Notes under the pieces: generated by a model
Told to the model about the DNA's origin: nothing
Databases searched by the model: none
Seen by the model: the letters and a program-made list of their open reading frames with translations, nothing else
Origin: Tricharina praecox
Lineage: Eukaryota
Length of the DNA stretch: 64,000 bases
Reading direction: 5' to 3'
NCBI RefSeq assembly: GCF_024521635.1
Contig: NW_026250417.1
Span: 744,001 to 808,000 of the forward strand
Program-made: the position numbers and the translations under genes
In this document: positions 24,736-36,490 of the stretch, one piece after another
Layout of the letters: every line of letters begins with the position of its first letter
How positions within the stretch are numbered: the first letter of the stretch is position 1

Positions 24736-27032
24736 TGTTGATGTGATTTGTTTGGTGGTGGATGGGTTTGTTTGGTGGATGGGTTTGTTTGGTGGATGGG
24801 TTGGGTGAATTGGCTGAATGAAGAGGTGAAATATATGTATGAGACCTACTTGGGGGTGAATGGAGCGGCGAAACTGATGATCTGATTATATGCTGCTGCT
24901 GTCTGATTCTGTCTGATGCTGTCTGCTGCTATCCAATTCTGTCTGCTGCTGTCCGAATGAGTATATACTCTACGATTGATGTCTGGGTAGTGTTATATCT
25001 TTGAGGCTCAAGCGTATGGGAGGTTTTATATATACACCTATCGGCTTGAGTCACTGTCCGGCAATGGGAAGGGCATTGGGCACAGCCAGCCAGCCGGCGG
25101 GGCAAATCAGGTATCAACATGATGATGATGATGATGTTCGAGTCCTACGGTACACACATACGCTTAGCCCACCACCGTTCTTTCCTTAGGTTTTACGGAG
25201 ACCCAAGTTCCGGTGATGGGGATTCAGTCTGTCAACGTCAGCACTGCACGCCATCCAGCTGCTCTGTTGCCGAAAGACAGGATCAAGGTATCGCATTGCG
25301 ATTGACACGGAGAGGCAAACATCCATGGGCTCAGGCTCAGGCACAGTCTGTATCTACATGCCCTGCGAGTTGGCTGGACGAACAGAACCGACTGGCTGAC
25401 TGACTGACGCCCAGTCTCCGCCGGGCAATCACTAGCATGTCACCAAGGCGGGAGAGACAAACAAAAATGACGTCCATGGTATGTACCATACGAGGCCAGC
25501 ATGAAGTTACGAACCGTGATCTTCTAGCACACTCTTGCACCCAGCGAAAGCGTGTTTCATCATCACAATGCAATGCGGCTTCAGTAGGTAGATACATGCA
25601 TAGGCAGGTATTATGCGCTAGAGAATTATGCCCGCCCGCCTGCCTCCTTGCCTTGTCCGCACCGCACCGCATTCAGAACGGCGATGCTCGAGCCAAAGCC
25701 AAAGCCTTATGTGAAAGCACGTGTCCAACAAGATCCAATCAAGCCACCTCTGCTGCCGCCTGATCTGATCCCAGTGTCTCGTCCGTATGCTCACGATAGT
25801 TCAGCTAATGCATCTCGTGGTTTTGACTACGGCCCACCGGACTACACGCACCCTATATGGAGGCTTTATTCAAGCAAAGTCTCCGACTGGATATGAGTGG
25901 CAAAATCGAGCTATGCCCTCTAGGTTAGCATATTCAACGTCAACTTCAGGGAGAGAGGCTGAAATCACGGGCCCTACCGGGATTGTGCCCTTCGATGTTG
26001 ACGGCCAGGGTAGCCACGCCAGCCAGCGGTTCCTCCCCATGCACGTTTGTGTGTATCTCGGCCTGCATCTATCTGGCTGCTGGCGGGGTGCATTGGGAAA
26101 TCCAAAGCAGATCTGAGACGGCCGTTTGGTTCGGAGAGATCCAAGGGTACCTGGGTGCTTGCTTGCATGCTTGCGTGCGCAGCCCCAAACGTACCGGCGA
26201 TCGCGGGCTGAAATGTGCGGTGCACTGTGCTTTCCGAACCTAACCGTTGGTACATAATCTACTAATATCACTTTCCGCAGCCTGCACGTTAATGCGTGCG
26301 AACCGATGGAAGATTCCATCTGCGTATGTAAAGCGAGACGAGGGAGGGGGAGGGAAAGGGAGGGGCAAGTCATTATTAGGTCTTACCTAGTAGAGGTTGG
26401 CGAAGTCATTATTAGGTATTACCTATTAGAGGTTAGCGATGTTTGCCGGATGCTTGCGTTAGATCCCATCATACCCGCCTTGCGATGAAGCTGGGAAGGA
26501 GTCTTGAGGAGAGAGATAGCCGAACCACCCTCCGCTACCAGACCGGTAGTTACTAGAGTATAGTTCCCAACTGTGCCCTACCAGATTCCGTCACGGATGA
26601 TTTATGCCCCACCATATTCCATCACGGATGATTTATGCCCCATGGATGGGATAGTTAGTAGGGCTGATATCAAACGAAACGCCGTCGTTCAACAACACGT
26701 GCTCAACATGCACAACGTGTATGTACCTCAGAGAAGCACTCGCTTGGAAGGGTATCCGCGTGGTAGTTAAACGCCCTTTTCTTTTTCCACTACCTATATG
26801 CATACTACTAACTGACGAATGAATGAACGGCCGGCCTCAGAGGCTCAGTCCAGAGACCCCTCGGTCATTACTGTGTTTCAGCTTTTTTCGCCGAAGCAAG
26901 CGAGAGACGGGCGAATTCAAAGCCCGCGATTCGCTAAGAGTAACGGTGTCGAACAGTCATTATGCGGCTCCCACAAGAAAGATAGAAAGTCGCGGGTATC
27001 TTTTCAGGCCGCTAGTGCGACCCAGCATGGTT

Positions 27033-27184
27033 TGCATGCCCCCAAACACGTGCATGCCCCCCAAACACGTGCATGCCCCCAAACACGTGCATGCCCCCAA
27101 ACACGTGCATGCCCCCAAACACGTGCATGCCCCCAAACACGTGCATGCCCCCAAACACGTGCATGCCCCCAAACACGTGCATGC
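27033..27184. repeat. 18-bp minisatellite TGCATGCCCCCAAACACG x8 plus a partial copy
   Basis: Near-perfect tandem array; the second unit has one extra C. Confidence 0.95.
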
Positions 27185-27902
27185 GCAGTATGATGAGTTA
27201 CCGCACGATCTGCCATCATCCATGGTCTGTTCCTAGAACTCCCCTGTAAAGTTCCTCACCTTGGTACCGGTTGGCGCTAGTTAACTGGCTAGGTAGCTCA
27301 AGATCGATATAGTTACATATCTCCTACCGGTATGTAGGTCAGCGTCGAGTGTTCACTACCATACTACCGTACTACTGCTCAGGTTCCTGGTTCATTGCTA
27401 TTTACAATCATACCCTGACTTACGTGGGAGAGGGAACCATGTATGATGTACGACATACATATGTAGGAGGGGTAGCTACGCTATTCTGCGGGGTAGCTGG
27501 TATATGACTGTAGGACAGCCCCCAATACTATGTATAATGGCTAAGGGAGGGCCATGACGACCCTGACTAGAGTACATCATACTCACCACTACTACATACT
27601 CCCTCCTCCGCCAACGGACAACCAACCAGCCAACCTCACGATCGTATACACGGTACCTAACAACCGGAACAGCCCAATTCCACGCGCCTCACTCCTCGGC
27701 ATCATGCCTTTTTGCTTTTCTTGCTTTCAGGCAGGGGATTCGTCGTTTCCCGTCGAGTCGGTCGAGTCGAGTCCTGATTTTAAGGCCATCATCTAACCCT
27801 GTGACGAAAGATGGGGAAAGCAATGGGTTGGAATGGGTTGGAATAGATTATAGACGTGCGTACATAGTCACTCGTATTTTATCGTGAGCGGCGGGGGGTT
27901 AG

Positions 27903-28238
27903 TTACGTGCGATATCTCTGGCTCGCGGCGATCACTCGGTCAGGCCCCACCCGCAGCCCATGGCGGAGGCAGTGGAAACCCAAGCCCAAGATACCGGTAG
28001 AGATGCCTATGGATTCGTATGTTCCAAGTACGATACACATTTGCGCAAGTATTTTTAGTCCTCGCGAGTTCCCATGGTACCGGACTGCGCAGTGCGCATA
28101 AATATCCAGATTCTCGGCCGGATCGGAGTGCCAAGTGGTGATTGCGGGGTGGTATGTGTCCTGCGGAAATTGACAGAGACTGTCGGATTCCCACTCTCTC
28201 AACCAGAGTATTGTAGAGTCTACTTTTCTCCTTGACAT
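27903..28238 (-). CDS. Small orphan protein (111 aa) sharing the YxPAITTWxS motif with the 19379-19882 ORF
   Basis: MSRRKVDSTILWLREWESDSLCQFPQDTYHPAITTWHSD...; TATATAAA on the minus strand near 28378-28385 and a CTAAT...TGCAG branch/acceptor just upstream of the ATG; hydrophobic segment in the C-terminal half. Confidence 0.55.
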   Translation of the reverse strand: MSRRKVDSTILWLREWESDSLCQFPQDTYHPAITTWHSDPAENLDIYAHCAVRYHGNSRGLKILAQMCIVLGTYESIGISTGILGLGFHCLRHGLRVGPDRVIAASQRYRT

Positions 28239-29142
28239 CGATGCAGAATGAAGCTGGTGGGCACTGCACATACAATTAGGTGGATATCAAGCGGCCTCAG
28301 CCTTCAGGGTTAAAGCCCGCTACATAAATGGGCAGAACGGCCAAGGCTACGTATGAAGACTGAATTCTGATCCAGAATTTATATAAGACTTTGATCATAT
28401 GTGAGCACGAATCTTCATCTAAGAGATTTATCATTGTCCATGAGGCCCATAATGAAGACCGCGATTGTTACGCATTGGTGTGACATGAATGGAGATCATG
28501 AGATGTGCAAAAAAGGTTCCTTTCACGGCCAAGTCCTCCGCACTGAGCAGGGTGAACTCGATCGATCATCGGCGGGCCGCATCTTGGTGTAACCTGAATT
28601 TATTCCCCACTTCCCGCCCATGCCATTCTGTCATTGTGGACTCGGACCCGGGCGTTTTCGCTTCGCTTTCGTGAAGATATGATACCTGTATATTTCTACT
28701 CTGTTCTGGCCTTCATGTCTTGCGACATTCACGAGAAACCGTGGCAGCGGATCTCTGCAGCGTGGTGGTGGTGATGGTCCTGCAGAATCAAACCCCCGCA
28801 TATGCCTTCATATTATTGTAGACCGTTCTTCCGTATCCTATGGAACAAGCCCACGTTGTTTACACTTACGCTCTCTTTCGACTCGGTCCGCCAGCCGTAA
28901 TAGAAACCTTCCATCTCTCTCCGACGGTCCTGATACGTGCCCGCCTCTAGATACTCTATCGCTACCGATAGCGGAGACTTTCCCGCCAGCCGGAGGCTAA
29001 CTAGACTGCCCCGCTATCGTCGCAGGCGAAATCGCGGGGTCTCGTTTATAAGAGCATAACCTTCCCGCAGAGACTTTCTGCAAATCGAATTGACCATATA
29101 GATACATACTTTCGCCGCCCTGTACGGTATACTTCTTCCGCG

Positions 29143-30774
29143 ATGGATCCTAACGCCTACTCCGAGTTCCACGCCTTCACCACCCCGGCCATCGCCGCCC
29201 TCTCCTTCGACGCCGCCACCTCCCGCCACATCCCCTTCCGCGCGCGCACCCGGCACCGACACGCAACCTGGGCGCGCACGCACTTCAGCCGTCCGGAGCT
29301 GTACCTGCAGCCGCGTTCGATCCCGGAGCTGCGGCTGATCGTCGACCTCGCGCGGAAGCTGGGAAAGCATGTTGTCGTTGTGGGCTCGGGACACTCGCCC
29401 AGCGACCTGACTTGCAGCGCGTCGTGGATGGTGAACCTAGACGAGTTCCACGGCGTGGTGGCGGAGGAGCCGGAGAGCCGTGTGATTACTGTGCAGGCGG
29501 GGATGCGGCTGCGGGATCTGATCGTGGAGCTCGAGGCGCGCCGGTGGGCGATGCCGAATCTCGGCAGCATCACCGACCAGAGCATTGCCGGCGCCATCGC
29601 GACTAGCACCCACGGCAGCAGTCTCAAGCACGGCATCCTGAGCGAGAGCGTCGTCGCGCTGACTATCATGCTCGCGAACGGGAAGGTCGTCGAGTGCTCG
29701 CGCGAGCGCAATGTGGATCTGTTCTGCGCGGCGCTGGTCTCGCTCGGTGCGATCGGGATCGTCGTCCACGTCGCGTTCCGCGCTGTTGCCGAGTATAAGG
29801 TCCGCTGGGAACAGGAGGTGGTCAAGCTCCCGAGGTTCTTGAAGTCCTATGATAGCGTGTGGGATGAGAGCGAGTTTGTGCGCTGCTGGTGGTTCCCGTA
29901 CTCCGAGCGGACGATCGTCTGGCATGGAAAGAAAGTGGAGGAGGAGATTCAGTCGCCGCCCGAGAGCTGGTACGGCGCGAGCTTTGGACGGTATACCTAC
30001 GAGGCCCTGCTGTACCTTGCCATCTGGTTCCCGAGCACGATGCCGTACGTGGAGCGGTTCGTGTTCAAGATGCAGTACGGACTGGAGGAGGGAGTCAAGG
30101 GAAGTGCCGTGGAGAACAGCCACCAGGCATTGACCATGGACTGTCTATTCTCGCAATTCGTGAACGAGGTTCGTCCCACCACCTACCCGCTTCATCGCGG
30201 CAACAGCTAACCAACTCCGGGGGAACAGTGGTCGATCCCGCTTCACAAGGGGCCCGAAGCCATCACCCGTCTGGAGCACTGGCTCAACGGGCGCAGCGAG
30301 CTCTCCGGCATCCCCATTTCGTCCGCCGGTATTTTCGTGCACGCGCCCATCGAAGTCCGCGTCACCGACTCCAGCACTTCCAGCAACCCCCGCGCCTACC
30401 TGGACCAATCCATCGCTGACGGCCCGACCCTCTACCTCAACGCGACGCTCTACCGCCCGTTCCTGCGGAACATCCCCGAGTGGCGCCGCTACTACGAGGC
30501 CTTCGAGTACCTGATGAAGGACCTGGGAGGAAAACCCCACTGGGCTAAGAACTTTGTCACCCCGACCGCGGACGACGTGTGGAGCATGTACCCCGACATG
30601 GAGAAGTGGGTGCGCATCAGGGAGAAGTGCGATCCCACCGGCGTGTTCGTGGGCGACTGGCTGAAGAGATGCATTCTTGACGGCCAGGAGGCAAAGAGGG
30701 CCGTTGCCGAGGAGAAGGCTGGAGAGGGAGACGGAGGGTTTGTGGTCGTTGGCGATGATGGCCAGGAGATTTGA
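29143..30774 (+). CDS. ALO1: D-arabinono-1,4-lactone oxidase (FAD-linked), 2 exons (intron 30169-30228)
   Basis: TWARTH, VGSGHSPSDLTC (FAD-binding His), NLGSITDQSIAGAIATSTHGS, SLGAIG, MDCLFSQFVNEW, HAPIEVRV, LYLNATLYRP, GGKPHWAKNF. Confidence 0.95.
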
Positions 30775-31881
30775 GATTTGATCTCCCATCATTCTCCGGC
30801 CCCCGCCCCGTCTGTTCATACCTTTCTTTGGAATTTTCATCGGGCGGTTTTTTCTTCTTTTTTCTTCTTTCTTTTTCATCGGCCAGCTTATTTCCCCACT
30901 CTATGTATGGTGGTCGGTACCCTTTTCTGGGTTGTTTTACCACGGCGTTTGATGTTTTTACAACGATGGGATTCGGTTTAGGGGGAATGCCCAAGTCTCT
31001 GACGAACTGTATGTACATAAGTAAGCAAGACACACTTCCGCAGGCTGCAGGAATAGCATGTAAGACAAGACAGGATACGGGTGGTCACTGGTCATGTGCA
31101 TTGTACGCATATTGTTTCACATTCACCGAGCACCTCTGTGAGTGAGCAATGAGCATGCCATGCGTTTTGTTTTGTTTCGTGGCTGGCCTAAAACCATAAC
31201 ACTGGGGGAACATCCTCACGAGTCACCAGTTGATGATGCGTCAAACTAAAGCAAAAAATATCAATTCAATGATTTTCACATCCACCCATTGCCATCCAAT
31301 CCAATCCTATCCCATCCCATGCAAACCCGTTCAGAGTCACTAGAAATACATCAAGAGAAAGAAAAGATAGTGTAACGTTCCCATACACGACGGCGACGAC
31401 AAGCAAGCCAAGCTCCAACGAGCAGGCTTCAGGTCCAATCCAGCACAGCAATTCGGACCACAATTCATGGGGGGCGGAACCATTCACCCAGCCATGTGGG
31501 GAGGGCAAACAGGAAAGAAAGAGACAAAAAAGGTCTAAAGGGAAGGAAACGGAGGGGTATAGGCAAGAATAAGCCACTGTTTACAAGAAACACAACAGGA
31601 GTTATCTGTCAAGGAATGAAGCCATCGGGATGCACCAAAAATTGAAATCTCAACAAAAAAAAGGACGAGGAAAACCAACCAGCGCGCCCCAGCACCCGCT
31701 CTGTAAACAAAAATGCAAAAATGATAACCTGTAGGAAAAGGTTTATGAGGTGAAGAAAAGAAAAAGAAAAAGGGAGTAAACCAATCGGTTGCTCATGAAC
31801 GGGCTGGAGGGGACTGGCTGATGGCTGTAGCAGCACCAGCATATTTTACACTTGGTTCGATCATTTTCATCGAGAACGTAT

Positions 31882-34800
31882 TCAGACATTCATTGCCTCC
31901 ATGGCTTGTGGAAGTCCCATCAGCCCCAGACTTGGCTTCCCCGATGGTTGCCACAGCGCGGGAATCTTGGCGTCGTCCCAGGTCCTGAAGAGCGCCTTAA
32001 ACTCCTTTGGTGCGTCGCCCAATATGACGTTGCCCGCTGGGATGAAAGGTCTGTTTTCTACCGATGTCGCAAGAAGGGCGTACTCCTGCGTAAACTGGAG
32101 TGCTGCCTGGAATTCTTCCCGCCTGGACTGGGATTGCGATCCGATGACACTGTGATGTTCGATCAGTATACACGCATATAGCAACAGTAGGGGGTTAGAC
32201 CCACATGTAAAACTCGAAAAACGCATCGGCCACGTAGATTTCACGAGGATCCAGATCGTCCTGACAGAACGGCGTAATCTCGATCACCTTACATGATGTC
32301 AGCTTCATGCACAACGTACGACAAAACAGATAAACTTGCCTTTGACTGCATTTGCAGATTCACTTTGAAAAGCCTAGCAGCATACTTCTTGCTAGAAGGC
32401 CTTAGGTTCCAGTAATCGGCTGACTGGACCTCGAAGCGCCCGCCGAGAGCCTCCCAGAAGGACTCTGGCTCCTCTCCTTCCAAACACTCGACAAGTTCAC
32501 CCAGTCCAGATATCTCAAATCCGACGAGCCGTGCCACTCCAACCTCATCCGGCATGGCACCCTTTCCTTTCCACAGATAGACAGCTGCCCCTTGCCGGGA
32601 GAGAACATACGAAAACCCGGAGCAAAGACTCGAAGCGTCAAGGTCAACCTCATCGAATGCCACCCCGCCAAAGAAGTTCCTCCCGCAAAGCATAAATGAG
32701 CTATCGATAGGTGAATCGTTGTCCCGGGTACCTCGCCGTGTTACGAGGATGCCGCCGATAGCGTGGAAAAACGTCGCATTCTCACGGCCTTGCTTCAATT
32801 GAACCTGTACTAACGTAAGCAAACAAACATACGAACGAAGTCGAAGGGGCAATTACGAGTCTCCCGCCCTCTTGCCTTGCCGCCTTGCGTGCGAATAGCT
32901 GGGCATCCTCAATTTCACTTTCGGAAACCATGGATCCGCTCCACAAGTACACCTCCGCCTCGTTCTTCCCGAATGCATTCTCAAAGCGATGAGTGCACAG
33001 ATACATGCAGTTGTCAAAGAAAACATGATGCTGTTCCTTGGGAATAGGAGTGAGTCTGCCATAGCCGTCGATGTCGGAGACTTCAAAGTGTGTAGTCTTC
33101 ACCTTCTCAGCCGCGACAACCGGGTTAGATGCAAGAATACTCATAATGTCGAAGTCAATCTTATTGGCACGGGATGAAGGGCCTGTGAAGAATTTGGACA
33201 ACAATTGGGTGTCATCATTTTCGGCAGCACTAATATCCGGCGTCGGCAGCAAAGGTGAAACAGATCTTGAAAAAAGCCTGGGCATCGGCTTCTCATCGTC
33301 ATCTGGCTCCATCACTGAGACAGGAGCTGATAGTCCTGAAAATCCCGAGATTCCAAGGCTCTTTCTATCGCTATCACGCTTGGGCAACCTGATGGGCGAC
33401 ACTCCGGCGCTTGTGATGGAGTCCACCAGGTCATGGACTATGACTGGCGAAGACTTCAGTGCACTCAATGAGGGCTCTCGGGTAAGCACGTTTGCAGAGG
33501 GTGTCTTGATAGGAAGCGGGGTTTTAATCGCAGACTCCTGCACTGTCGCTGGCTCAATGGAGAACTTCTCATTCTCTTTAAGGCTGGAAGCGGAAATATT
33601 TCTCAGGACTGGCGACTTGGCGGGGGTAGGTGACTTCGGCTTTTCAGGCTTAGGGAAGGGACTGCATACGACCGGGTCCACTGTTAAGGTGCTCTCTGGC
33701 TTGGAATCCTCTGTAGCAGGTTGATCGACCTTGGTCGGTGCCCTCCTCTTAGGCCCTCTAACTCTTCCTTTGGTGATCTGTAACGATTATTAGCCATAGA
33801 ACTAGAGCTGTAGGTATTCACATACATGATTGAGGGGAACCGCGGATTGCGCAGAACCTCCAGTTGATTTGGATGCATCCTCCGCACCTCTCGACGACCT
33901 AAAGGCATTCCCGCTCGCAGCCGTAGGTGGTCCTCGTGACAACAGACCCAAAAGGTTTGGATTGAACCTTTCCGCAAGTGTGCCTTTCTTCACAGGCTCG
34001 ATCTGTGACGGGGAGAACCTCTTCTTCTCAGGCTCTATCCGTACAGGAGCGAACACCTTCTTCTCGAGCGCCGAGGAGGGTAAGTTCTTCTCGAGCACTG
34101 AAGATGGTAGCTTTTTATCGAATACTGAAGGGAAGACCTTCTTCTCGGTCACTGGCGAAGGAGTCTTCTTCTCAGTCACTGGCGAAGGAGTCTTCTTCTC
34201 GAACACAGATCTCAATTCCACGGGAGTCTTAGATCTCGGCTCAAAGGGTCCAGGAGTTTTGGATCTCGTTTCCACCGGTCCGGGAGTCTTGGGCCTCATG
34301 TCCGCCGGTCCGGGAGTCTTAGACCTAGTTTCCACCGGTCCGGGAGTCTTTGGCCTCATGTCCGCCGGTCCGGGAGTTTTAGACCTCGTTTCCACCGGTC
34401 CGGGAGTCTTTGGCCTCATGTCCGCCGGTCCGGGAGTTTTAGATCTGGGTTCCATTGGTCCAGGAGTCTTAGATCTTGGCTCCACCGGCGAAAATGACGA
34501 CGACGTGGGTTTCACGGGGGAGTCTGAATGTCTGAGCGAGCCCTTCGCAGAAAGCAAGCTCTCCTTCAGGGGATCTATTTTCGGCGCCTTTTGGACTCCT
34601 CCCGTATTGTTCAGATTCGCCTTCCCAGCCAGAATATTGTCCTTCAACTCGTTGGGCGCCCTGTAGTTCTGTGTTCTTGTCGATTTCAACCGTGACATTG
34701 CATTGAGGAACGGAAGCTCTTCCTTCTCATCGCCTTTACCGGAATGCGGGCGAGGTTTCAACGAAGCGCGGAAGTTGATCTGTTCCTTTGGTTTTGATGT

Positions 34801-36490
34801 AGGTTTGGCGGAAAGGTCAATCATAGAATTCCTATTGGATCCGGTCGACGACGGCAATGTATTCGTTCGGTTAAGACCATAGATGGCTGGCTTATCAGCA
34901 GCCGACAGCTTCTTTTCTGTGTCATCATCCCTTTTGTACGAGCCCGTTGTCTCGGGTGCATTCTTCTCATTCGCTTTTTTCAACGACTCGTAAGAAGGTA
35001 TTGGGTTTGGATATAGAATGGGAGTCTTAGCAGGAAGCACCGGGGGTTGGCCGAATGGCGAGAGTTCAACAGGTTTTGGTTGTGGCTTTGCAGGCGCCAT
35101 CGGGGGCTGAGGATTGTCGGTTCCCTTCTTCAAAGCAGTCTCCAGCCAGGACGATTTGGTTGGGCTCCATCGTTTGGGCTCAAAGGTTTTCCCAGGAGAA
35201 GCCGGTGGAGTGCTATCTCGTCGTGAGTATCGATTTGTGAGTCCTTCGGACGTGGTGTTAGAACGACCGCGGATTGGTTTGGCGACGGGTTCTGCTTCGG
35301 GCTCGGATGAAAGGTCTTCGGGAGCAGGAGTTGATCCCCTAGATGTTGGCAACAGGACCGGCTCATTGCCTCTGGCAAACACCGAGTTGCTCCTCGAATG
35401 ACCACTACCACTGCTAACTGACTCCGCCCTACTTCCATATCTCTTGTGCATGGATCCTTCCCTTTTCAACCTCGCACTCTGTACAAAGCCACCAACACCT
35501 TTTGTTGGACTTGGGGTACGGTCCCTCGAGTCAGGTGAGAGGCGTTCTTGACTCGGGCTCATCAGGGGAGCGGCACGAGAATCCTCGACTTCAAATCGAC
35601 CGGAAGCATTGCTAGCTATTGAAGGTGATCGCGCAAGATCCGATGGCGGAAATCTCTCAGACTTGAGGGAACCGCTTCTAGCGACTCTTGTAGTTGACAG
35701 AGAATCGAATGCCGTACGTGGAGAAGCTTTCTGGAGTTCTGGGATCTCGGCCTGCATGATGCTGCTATCACCAGAGGACGGTGACATCCCGGGCAGGGAC
35801 ATTTTAGAAACACTTTCCATCCTCTCCTCTTCCGCTTTCCTTAGAGCACCGGATGTAGCAGCCCGTTCCCGTGTTTGACTGAACCATGTGGGCTCCTTCG
35901 ATTGAAGGTTCGCAGTGATCTGGGCTCGACTCTTTTCTGGTGAATCCGTCGATTCACCAGCATTAGGAGATGAAGGTGATAACTTCGGCAACCCCCCATA
36001 CACACTGCCATGGAAGGATTTTGGACGACGCTGCCAGGAGAGTGTGGGTGTCCGTCTCAGAGGAGCTTCGCTACTGGTTGTTTCAGTGGCATCAGTAAGC
36101 TTCCCCGTCAACTTCGCCAGTGCCGCATTCGTGCCGGTATCAACGCGTTCGGCGGTATCGTCGCTATCCCGGGTTTCAGGTCGGGAGACAGCGGATTTCA
36201 GGCTAATCGGAGTTCCACCTGGCGAGTCCTTCTGTGGCGAAAGAGAGCGAGCTCGTTCTGCGGGCGTGGTACATCATCAGCCAACCATCGGTAGTGGTGA
36301 ATTGGATATCGATAGAATCTTCAAGAAATAAATACGTACCGTCTCGCCTAGCCCGTCGGGCTTCTCGCCCGGCCAAGATCTCGGCTTCGAGCTGCCTCGC
36401 CCTATCGGCATCCTCCTTGTCTCGTTTATCGCCCAATTCCCGTATCCGCAAGAGGAACTCGCTAACATCTGCACCGCCGTCTCCTTCCAT
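31882..36490 (-). CDS. DUF4045-domain protein with C-terminal gelsolin/villin-like repeats (putative actin-associated), multi-exon
   Basis: N-terminus DVSEFLLRIRELGDKRDKEDADRARQLE; SPTKGVGGFVQSA, RWSPTKSSWLETAL; C-terminal VYLWSG, KQGRENATFF, SLCSGFSY, VYLWKGKGA, EGEEPESFW. Confidence 0.85.

Noticed and set aside
26819..27236. ORFs with PQTRAC/PKHVHA/GACTCL repeats
   Set aside because: Produced by the minisatellite; a 19-bp unit shifts the frame, so coding is unlikely.
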